This document shows, one piece after another, positions 17,301 through 23,761 of a stretch of DNA of 32,000 nt. The notes below the pieces were generated by a model. The model searched no databases. It was not told the DNA's origin and saw only the letters and a list, made by a program, of their open reading frames with translations. How positions within the stretch are numbered: the stretch's first letter is position 1; every line of letters starts with the position of its first letter. The stretch covers positions 1,440,001 through 1,472,000 of the forward strand of contig NZ_LT934425.1 in NCBI RefSeq assembly GCF_900232105.1. The letters run 5' to 3'. The position numbers and the translations under genes are program-made. Source of the DNA: Candidatus Kuenenia stuttgartensis. Its GTDB lineage: Bacteria; Planctomycetota; Brocadiia; Brocadiales; Brocadiaceae.

Positions 17301-19189
17301 CCGATAAGCGGGCAGATGGTAAATGGCGTATGCAGATACAATGATGAGACGTCATCAACAAACCCTCTCGAACGGATGCCAGTGGTTGATGGTATCTGTT
17401 TTGAGCCGTCGCCTGTTATTTGCAATTCAAATTGCGGTTCATTCTTCAACAACCGGGGCAGTATTTTCATCGCGAAAAAGGCATACCCCTGCATATTAAA
17501 GAGATTGTCACCGATAGCAAAAAGGGGTGAGCCGGAATACGTATTATTCAGGCGCTGCGGCTCATAAGCCATAGGTATATAAAACGGCTTTGTTTGTCCC
17601 GTATTGGCCTTTATGCAATTGCGCTCAAATACAGAAAGTGCAATTGTGCCGTCAAACAGGTCATAATATTTGTATTCAGATTCATCCGCTGATAACTGCC
17701 GTTTGCTAAAGTAGTCTATATTGGCAATTTGTTCATAATTCTGGTTTTTGAAATCCACCAAAAGGGCATCGGCCATTTTCCTGTTGAGAGTCACAAGGTC
17801 ATGAACCTCTATCAGTTTTATACGTGACGAAAAGGCGGTATTCCTTACAAGACCGGCATAATATGAATAGTTGACCCAGACAACATCAGGATCGAATGAA
17901 CGGCATACCTCGCTCAATGCATGGCATAAACCCGGTGGTATAAATATGCCCGATTCGACAAAATTCTTTTTCAGCGCCTTCTTTTCTTCGATGTATTTCT
18001 TATCACTGGCTGTACCGTCATACAGAAACAGTTGTATACGCCGTTTCCTCATTTCGGAAACAAGTTGTTCTGGCCATTCATTGTCAGGATAGATCCTTGT
18101 AGCAAACAGGGTAATATCGTAGTTCATACTGTAGAACGCCTCGACAATGGAAAGCGTACGACGATGCGCTCCGGTTCTGGGCGGAAACGGATTATGAGGC
18201 AAAAAGATCAACACCTTCCCGTTCCGTTTTTCATGACTCTTGAACGGCCATATCCGCAGGTGTCTTCTTCCAAGCCATTTTCTGTCAGCGGTAACAGGAC
18301 GCATCCCCGTTTCCCGCAGGGGAGGGTCCTGAAGTGTAAGGGCGTCTTTCCACTTTTCAACAAACTTAATCCTGTTGATTTCAAGATATTTTTTGAAACC
18401 GGAAGAAGTATCGTCTCCTGCGGTTATTGATTCATGATGTATAACAACCGAATTGGGTGCATACATAACGGTATATCCTTTTTCCCTTGCCGCAAAGCAC
18501 AAATCGGTTTCTTCATAATAGGCAGGACTATACCGATGGTCCATCCCCCCGATATTTTCAAATAGCTCCTTTCGTACAAGCAGGCATGCCCCGGAACAAT
18601 AGTCAACCTCACAGGCATCATTGAAACCCTCTTCGTACGGATTGCCTCCGCGCCCGAAGTTTGAGCCGCTGCCGTCACAGAATATAATGCCCCCGGCTTC
18701 CTGCAAACGTCCATCAGGGTATACAAGTTTTGATCCCACAATCCCGATTTTGCTGTCGGATTCTGCAAGTTTTACCATCGATTCCAGCCAGCCTGGTTGT
18801 GGTTCAGTATCGTTGTTAAGAAACACCAGATAATTGCCTTTGGCAATCTTTGCACCCTGATTGCAGGCACTAGTGAAGCCCATGTTTTCCTGATTAGTAA
18901 TGACCTCCAGCTTATTTATCATGCGCTTTAAAAACTCCGGAGTTTCATCAGAGGATGCATTATCTACTACAATAATCTCATAGATATCTCCAGGAGTATT
19001 TTTGAATAACGCTTCAAGACATTTCTTTGTATATTCGACTTTATTGAAAACCGGGATGATAATGGAGGAGATAACGCCGGATTTATTGCCTTGCGGGGAA
19101 TGACACCTTATTGACTTTTTATCATTCTGATGGAGTGAAACGGATGAAGAATTCATGAGAACCTTTTTGTTTTCATTGTTATTTGTCAT
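14354..19189 (-). CDS. Multidomain glycosyltransferase: GT2 + GT-B (GT4-like) + GT9-like + GT4, with C-terminal TPR repeats
   Basis: 1611-aa uninterrupted ORF. Residues ~40-290 are GT2 (IIIPVFNKVEYTKKCL, VVDNASSDET, FLNNDT, YYEETDLC). Residues ~320-720 are a GT-B fold ending in a Glycos_transf_1-like stretch (ESMAYGVPAIA...GVNGF). Residues ~740-1010 are heptosyltransferase-like (GDALYLTAIVMEIKKRYPHIRIYL). Residues ~1075-1460 are GT4 (GEGFGLPILEAMACGIPAIVTNGG). Residues ~1500-1611 are TPR (AYNNLGLVYA..., FNNLGVLYYKK...). Confidence 0.85.
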   Translation of the reverse strand: MTNNNENKKVLMNSSSVSLHQNDKKSIRCHSPQGNKSGVISSIIIPVFNKVEYTKKCLEALFKNTPGDIYEIIVVDNASSDETPEFLKRMINKLEVITNQENMGFTSACNQGAKIAKGNYLVFLNNDTEPQPGWLESMVKLAESDSKIGIVGSKLVYPDGRLQEAGGIIFCDGSGSNFGRGGNPYEEGFNDACEVDYCSGACLLVRKELFENIGGMDHRYSPAYYEETDLCFAAREKGYTVMYAPNSVVIHHESITAGDDTSSGFKKYLEINRIKFVEKWKDALTLQDPPLRETGMRPVTADRKWLGRRHLRIWPFKSHEKRNGKVLIFLPHNPFPPRTGAHRRTLSIVEAFYSMNYDITLFATRIYPDNEWPEQLVSEMRKRRIQLFLYDGTASDKKYIEEKKALKKNFVESGIFIPPGLCHALSEVCRSFDPDVVWVNYSYYAGLVRNTAFSSRIKLIEVHDLVTLNRKMADALLVDFKNQNYEQIANIDYFSKRQLSADESEYKYYDLFDGTIALSVFERNCIKANTGQTKPFYIPMAYEPQRLNNTYSGSPLFAIGDNLFNMQGYAFFAMKILPRLLKNEPQFELQITGDGSKQIPSTTGIRSRGFVDDVSSLYLHTPFTICPLIGGTGQQIKIVESMAYGVPAIALANIAASSPIEHGVNGFIAANEDEFENYVMMLFRDRDLCRRMGEAARKKIEAAFSKTMLTGTIQNIITYLKAEKCMKRLNQFKSSFNEQFWNRNYERASTLLIRCAPAIGDALYLTAIVMEIKKRYPHIRIYLSGNHVVEAVFRGHQAVSAFVPDIVNKISVPKTDIIIDYNNVIANLPEYYNGIGLMDIMANIAGVRLGQRGIIYTITPEEREWAQKEVRTFSPSGGMLIGLHFTTDKDIKRSYPHGEKVISLLSRQFDGARFILFGKDPLAKENPLVYDCTSRQISLRNQIAISSHCNAFITIDSAFFHIGHNFCCKPTLLICGLTSPELLGNPATECFTPIRNEALPCLSCYWRTKCNIECMNNLLPEVIVDAFKKMMNDSPKKLKWQPSLETVEAGISPNEDYEQTIIRNLVSKKKPIRLVLDDPHRVLPEYVEEWNGVVIKRDSGKAAAGKPGIVWEGSQFVTHSLALINRELCLQLIRDGYEVSLLPYEPDQFGTEADPRFKALAECINKPLTGKIDIHVRHHWPPNLTPPQEGHWVIIQPWEFGSLPEEWVRVFSAQVDEMWVPSKYVRQVYIESGVPAERVVVIPNGINPERFHPDAKPYQLTTKKKFRFLFVGGTIYRKGIDLLLQAYLETFKDSDDVCLIIKDMGGNSFYAGQTFREEIERIRQAKGVPEVEYIEKILSEDEIVGLYTACNAFVHPYRGEGFGLPILEAMACGIPAIVTNGGACLDFCNENNSLLVQANKKISKEKRVGNRPTVDNLWFYEVDINDLKAKMRYAYEHPGEIRTLGKEISPDIRNNWTWEMSANKIKERIEYLRKVPVLRYTKDNLCRQTSSISGEMELLNKADGLFQKGAYQESIDAYKRAIEYHPVFFDAYNNLGLVYASIDKPDEAISILKKAIELNGKEASVFNNLGVLYYKKKMHGEARRCFEKALAIDAGYKEARQNLEKVAKLLS

Positions 19190-19198
19190 TAAATTTGC

Positions 19199-19455
19199 TG
19201 TAACACTTTAGTTTTTTGAAAAATTCCAGGGAAAAATGATAACCCCAAAGGGGTAATATGATTATAGAAAACACAGTAAAACCACGCCTAATCCCGAAGG
19301 GATGACATAATCGCCACGGTTAGGTGTTTTATGAAAGGTAACACAGATAAAATTATATCACCCCTTCGGGGTTAATTACGGGTTTTTCGCATAATTTCTA
19401 TAATCATTTCATCCCTTCGGGATTATTGGGATTTTTCAAAGAACTAAAATGTTAC
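19199..19455. repeat. Nested palindromic element A, with family arms and four mini-hairpins
   Basis: Left arm: TGTAACACTTTAGTTTTTTGAAAAAT (19199-19224). Right arm: ATTTTTCAAAGAACTAAAATGTTAC (19431-19455), with 2 mismatches over the 25 nt. Interior hairpins: ACCCC-AAA-GGGGT (19242-19254), ATCCC-GAA-GGGAT (19291-19303), ACCCC-TTC-GGGGT (19360-19372) and ATCCC-TTC-GGGAT (19411-19423). Their flanks mirror each other (ATGATTATAGAA / TTCTATAATCAT). Confidence 0.85.
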
Positions 19456-19465
19456 CTTTTTCTTG

Positions 19466-20458
19466 TTAGAGCAGTTTTTCAATTTCTTCCAAATTCTTCG
19501 ATATTTTCACCGCTTCCTTTATTGACTCCAGCTTCTCTATCGCTGCTATTTTCCCGATACGCTTCAGAAGCCTTAGACCTTCAACTCCGTACTTTAGTTC
19601 CAAACCTATCTCTATCGCCTCTATCAGACCCTCCATCCTCCCCTTCCTCTCACCTTCCGCTCTGCCTTCCATCCTACCGGCTATTTTGCCCTTTTCTATT
19701 AATCTGGCTGCTATTGTCATGCTTAATCTACCTCCTTCTTCCGATATCTCTTTTAGGGTATCTATTACCCTTTCTTCCTCTATATCCGACGCATAGTACA
19801 AATACCTGATCACACTTTCCAGAAACTTTAATCCTTCACCCTCTTCAAAATACTGCTTCCCTATTTCAAAGAATGCCTTTAGCTTGTCTCCCAGAATTTT
19901 GTCATTATATATGTTCCTCATTAATAACATGGTTATTTGAAGGGATACCCTTCTAAATACCTTGTCCTTTATTTCCTCGTTACTGTAGAAACTCAGATCA
20001 GTCAGCAGATATTCAAATTCCGGTATAAATCTAAAAAATACCTCGTCTATCCCTTCAAAATAGTCTCTGAATCGCCTGACTTTCCACGTCTCTTTGCCAT
20101 GATACAATATTACCGGAATTACCGGTATGAGCCTTTGCATCTGCTTGCTGTTTGCTGCCCATATCTTTAAAAGGTATTTCATCAACTGAAGATATGGACA
20201 TACTGCGGCATAACTCTTATGCTCAAATAAAAGGGTTATCCGGAGTTCTTTGTCTTTACAGAAACAGGTGTATACAATGTCTGAAAAATGTTCTTTGAGT
20301 TCCTCGTCGATATATGAGTTATTATCCTGTGTTAAAGTGGCTAAATCCAGCTTTTTTAAAATTTCCGGAGGAAACGTCCCGCTAAGAAAATCGATTGCAT
20401 TCTCCCGTATGGAAAATGTCTCTTTGAAGAATTTGTCGTGTGGGTTGAAAACCTACAT
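19466..20458 (-). pseudogene. Rpn-family PD-(D/E)XK recombination-promoting nuclease / putative transposase, with an in-frame TAG at codon 2
   Basis: The track ORF (19466-20185) starts at a TTG. The same frame stays open upstream to 20452 and reads VFNPHDKFFKETFS...HFSDIVYTCF...ITLLFEHKSY. That is the canonical Rpn N-terminus, including the D...E-x-K nuclease core. An ATG at 20458-20456 is preceded by AAGGGGGG 9 nt upstream and followed directly by TAG (20455-20453). Confidence 0.6.
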
Positions 20459-20462
20459 AAAA

Positions 20463-20490
20463 GTAACCCCCCTTAGTTTTTTCTGTAAAA
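20463..20490. repeat. Family-arm-like sequence abutting the Rpn gene start
   Basis: GTAACCCCCCTTAGTTTTTTCTGTAAAA shares GTAAC, the exact 10-mer TTAGTTTTTT and a trailing AAAA with the consensus arm TGTAACACTTTAGTTTTTTGAAAAAT. Confidence 0.45.
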
Positions 20491-20617
20491 GCCATTTTGC
20501 CACATGGATATCATCTCCTTTTCTATGCTTGCCTGTCTTGCCATTGTTTCACATTACACATATCATGTAAATATTGTCAATAGTCCAGATGTGACCCCAT
20601 TCTACCATGAGAGTAAA

Positions 20618-20642
20618 ATACCACAAGCAGGATGCTTGTGGT
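20618..20642. repeat. Isolated perfect hairpin: 11-bp stem with a GGA triloop
   Basis: TACCACAAGCA-GGA-TGCTTGTGGTA, inside a ~300-bp gap with no convincing ORF. The architecture and loop match the core hairpin of element C. Confidence 0.6.
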
Positions 20643-20765
20643 ACAATGTACAATTAGTTAACAAAAAATCGGGAATGCCCCTCCCCATTCTTAAGAAATG
20701 TTGCGTACCCAATAGGGAAAGGAAAAGCCTGATGTACCGACTTTGATCATGTGGAAAACTTTTAT

Positions 20766-21131
20766 TTATTTCAAAGTAACTGATGCTACCGTAATGCGAT
20801 TCTTCCCATGTTCATCCTGAATGTGTACGTTTATTATTTGTTTTTTGATATCCGGGTATAATTCAAGTTTTCTTTTTATCAATAAACGAAGGTCTTCTTC
20901 CACTGCTTTCAACATATCTTTTCCATTGGCAGGATTGAGCCTTTTCCATTCCTTCAGATATTTCTCTATTGCCTCTTCTCGTTTCTGTTCATTTAAGCAG
21001 GCTATGTTCCATGCGGTAGCAGCGCTATTTAAGAGTTGTTGCTTATGCTCAATATCTTCACCCAGCGAGAGGTATTCCCTTGCAAAATGCTCTACCATTT
21101 CAGAAATCTTTTCTTTTTTTCCTTCCTTCAA
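20766..21131 (-). CDS. Hypothetical protein
   Basis: 121-aa charged ORF with no low-complexity sequence. TTG start preceded by GAGGGGG 5 nt upstream. The alternative Met 12 (MVEHFAREYL) is possible. I recognise no family. Confidence 0.5.
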   Translation of the reverse strand: MKEGKKEKISEMVEHFAREYLSLGEDIEHKQQLLNSAATAWNIACLNEQKREEAIEKYLKEWKRLNPANGKDMLKAVEEDLRLLIKRKLELYPDIKKQIINVHIQDEHGKNRITVASVTLK

Positions 21132-21208
21132 TTTTTCCCCCTCTGTTTATGACGAACTGTTATCTGTTCCCCTTGTTTTTCCCTTGTTCTCTATAAGCCT
21201 TCAAAAAT

Positions 21209-21338
21209 TGTAACAATTTAGCTTTTTGAAAATATGTTGCAGTTTAGTTTTGGGTGGCACGGACAAACGGAGTTTGTCCGTGCCACCCATATTGAGCTAA
21301 AATATGTGTATCAATTTTCAAAAAACTAAAGTGTTACC
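21209..21338. repeat. Compact palindromic element C: family arms plus a 17-bp hairpin core
   Basis: Left arm: TGTAACAATTTAGCTTTTTGAAAAT (21209-21233). Right arm: ATTTTCAAAAAACTAAAGTGTTACC (21314-21338). Core: GGGTGGCACGGACAAAC-GGA-GTTTGTCCGTGCCACCC (21252-21288). Confidence 0.85.
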
Positions 21339-21435
21339 AAAAATTCATCCTGTCAGCATACTCATTTACCATCCCTGCATTAAATACTTCTTCTTTTCAT
21401 AGGTATCAAGCACTAAAGCACAATCTTCCCAATGA

Positions 21436-21681
21436 ATGGGCTTAATGGTTGTTCTTAGCCATTCAGCGCTTGCAACATTCAAAAAATGGTTTTACAGATT
21501 TGACGCTGAAGAATGTGGCAGACAAATTGAGGAAGACATCCTTGCCTGGAAACTGGACAAATTAGCCGAAAAATCTATTGGAGATCAACATGGGGCAGGA
21601 GTAAAGAAACAAAATGTTTTTAATTGTATATATGGAAATAATAAATACTATTATCTTGCCGTAAACAAAATGAATTGCTGA
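21436..21681 (+). CDS. Hypothetical small protein (weakly supported)
   Basis: 81-aa ORF with no recognisable motif and no clear SD. It lies between element C and the IS. It could be non-coding. Confidence 0.25.
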   Translation: MGLMVVLSHSALATFKKWFYRFDAEECGRQIEEDILAWKLDKLAEKSIGDQHGAGVKKQNVFNCIYGNNKYYYLAVNKMNC

Positions 21682-21744
21682 TTATTATTCTTTTGGATTC
21701 AAATAGTTACGAATATTGTGGCTGTTATCAAACGTCTCTTATTT

Positions 21745-23629
21745 AGTGTCTGAACGAAAACTATCTTTTTTATGCAAGATTCTTTCTCTGAGCAAATTTA
21801 AATTTTTTTAAATTGCCCCTTTTTCAACTTTTTCTTCTACGCTTTAATCTATGATACGGTTGTTTTATTCATTTCCCTCGTTTTTACCATCTTTTCATGT
21901 TCTCCGGACATACTATCCCTCATGGATTTTTATTCGAGAGTGTTTTTACGCTGCCTTACGTACTGTTTCTTTTTCTTCCCGGACTTTCTTCTGCAATATA
22001 CTCCCCATCGTGTGCAAATTTGCCGCCAGCACTCCTAATGCGCAGTATCTTTTAAATCCTTCTATCCCTTTGTCTAAGCATCTGTCCAGCCCATGATGTT
22101 CTAACCGGTTAATATCTGACTCCACCGCTGAGTGCTTGTGCCTGAGTTTTTTAAATGTACTCTCCGATTCTTCTTCTGTCTCCGCCTTATTCCTTTTTCC
22201 TTTCTTCGGTATGATCACTTTCGGTATATAAAGACTTATCAGTTCCTTGTATTCCTTCTTGTAAAAACCCTTGTCTGCACTTATACTTTCTATCTCTTCT
22301 TCACCAAACAAATTTAATAGCTTGTCTGCTAACGGCAGAATTAACGCCACATCTGCTTCTTTTTCCACTACTTGGTGATATCCGATAAACCCCCATTGGT
22401 CACTTGCTATCACCAGATTGTGGCCTAATTCCACCCTCTTATTCGCCTTCCCTTTACTCAACCATTCTGTGTGTGGTTCAAACAGTGAATATACCTTTTC
22501 CCCTACCGGTATTTGCTCTTCCTTGATAATTCTCCTCTCTACCAAATCTCTGTGCTTCTCCAGCATCTGATAAAAATATTCCATCGACTCCAATGCCTCT
22601 TTCTGCATTTCTTCCGCACCCGTTGTTAATATTTTTTCGTACACCGCTATTATGCTCGCACCTATCTTCTCACTTAATCTCTTTGCTAATCCAAGATACT
22701 CTTTTACTTGCTTCTTAACCGCCTCCTCTTTCTTGTTTCCACCACCACTTGCCGCTTTCGAACTACTCCTCATCAGACTCTTTAGCTCTTTCCTCCAATT
22801 CTTTACCTTTCTCCATCCTTTCCCGTTCAATACCCCTCCCTCTATAAATGCCTCTATCCCATCAAGGCACTTCCTACCCGCATCCCACAGCAAATTCATG
22901 TCCGTAGGAAAATGTACGTTTGTCTCCACCACATACGTATCCGTCTTTATGCGGAGCTTCTCCTCCCGTCCGTTCTTTGCCAGCCTCTGGCCTGCCTTTA
23001 CCACCACATCATTAATCTTCCCCAACGTCTCCTCATCGAGCAATCTTACGTTATCCTTGATGCTTTGCAGCGAATACTTCTTACCCCTCCCAAATACGGT
23101 ATCTACTCCCATTATCTGACGAATCAGACTATGGTGATTCACCATATCTTCCAACCTGTCATAATCCGCATCTAATCCCAATCTCACCACTCCTATTACC
23201 ATTATCTGCCATAACTCCATACCATTACGCCCTGTCTCTTTCTTCCCACCCTTTACCTTTGCTTCCAATACCCTGAATACTTCCTCTCGTAATTCCTCTG
23301 TAACAAATATGTATTGTAATGCCCTCAAAATCGGCGCTAACTCATCCCTGCTCTTTTCGGGAATTTCTACCTCTGATATTGGTGTGCTTCCAAGTCTCCT
23401 TTGCGGCTCGAATCTTTTTCTCATGGCGTGGCAGTTCTCCTTTTGATGACTCTGTTTTTCTGATGTTTTGGGCGAATGTTTGTCTCTTTTCACCCCTTGG
23501 TACCCTCGCTTCCCTTATTCTACGCCCTAAGTTTAACATCTACTCACTATACTTTCAACCCTTCATGCAGATACTTTCAACCTCCTTTACCACGTATTTC
23601 AAGGCTTACAGCGTTTTCGTTCAGACACT
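21745..23629 (-). mobile_element. Insertion sequence (about 1.9 kb) with 17-bp perfect terminal inverted repeats and a 4-bp target duplication
   Basis: AGTGTCTGAACGAAAAC (21745-21761) is the exact reverse complement of GTTTTCGTTCAGACACT (23613-23629). Both ends are flanked by ATTT (21741-21744 and 23630-23633). One long transposase ORF lies inside. Confidence 0.85.
21946..23493 (-). CDS. DDE-type transposase; family not assignable by eye (IS4/IS5-superfamily or ISNCY-like)
   Basis: 515-aa ORF fills the TIR-bounded element. It is basic and charged, as transposases usually are. The true start may be the internal Met (MRKRFEPQRRLG). Confidence 0.75.
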   Translation of the reverse strand: MKRDKHSPKTSEKQSHQKENCHAMRKRFEPQRRLGSTPISEVEIPEKSRDELAPILRALQYIFVTEELREEVFRVLEAKVKGGKKETGRNGMELWQIMVIGVVRLGLDADYDRLEDMVNHHSLIRQIMGVDTVFGRGKKYSLQSIKDNVRLLDEETLGKINDVVVKAGQRLAKNGREEKLRIKTDTYVVETNVHFPTDMNLLWDAGRKCLDGIEAFIEGGVLNGKGWRKVKNWRKELKSLMRSSSKAASGGGNKKEEAVKKQVKEYLGLAKRLSEKIGASIIAVYEKILTTGAEEMQKEALESMEYFYQMLEKHRDLVERRIIKEEQIPVGEKVYSLFEPHTEWLSKGKANKRVELGHNLVIASDQWGFIGYHQVVEKEADVALILPLADKLLNLFGEEEIESISADKGFYKKEYKELISLYIPKVIIPKKGKRNKAETEEESESTFKKLRHKHSAVESDINRLEHHGLDRCLDKGIEGFKRYCALGVLAANLHTMGSILQKKVREEKETVRKAA

Positions 23630-23668
23630 ATTTAGTATTTTTTAATATCCGTGATAATCCCTGTTTAA

Positions 23669-23746
23669 TGGTCGGGGCGACTGGATTTGAACCAGCGACC
23701 TCGACGTCCCGAACGTCGCGCTCTAGCCAAGCTGAGCCACGCCCCG
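23669..23746 (-). tRNA. tRNA-Pro (anticodon CGG), CCA encoded
   Basis: The minus strand folds as a cloverleaf: acceptor CGGGGCG/CGCCCCG, D arm GCTC..GAGC, anticodon stem CGACG/CGTCG with loop TTCGGGA, variable AGGTC, T arm GCTGG-TTCAAAT-CCAGT, then discriminator A and CCA. Total 78 nt. Confidence 0.9.
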
Positions 23747-23761
23747 CACCATTTATATATA

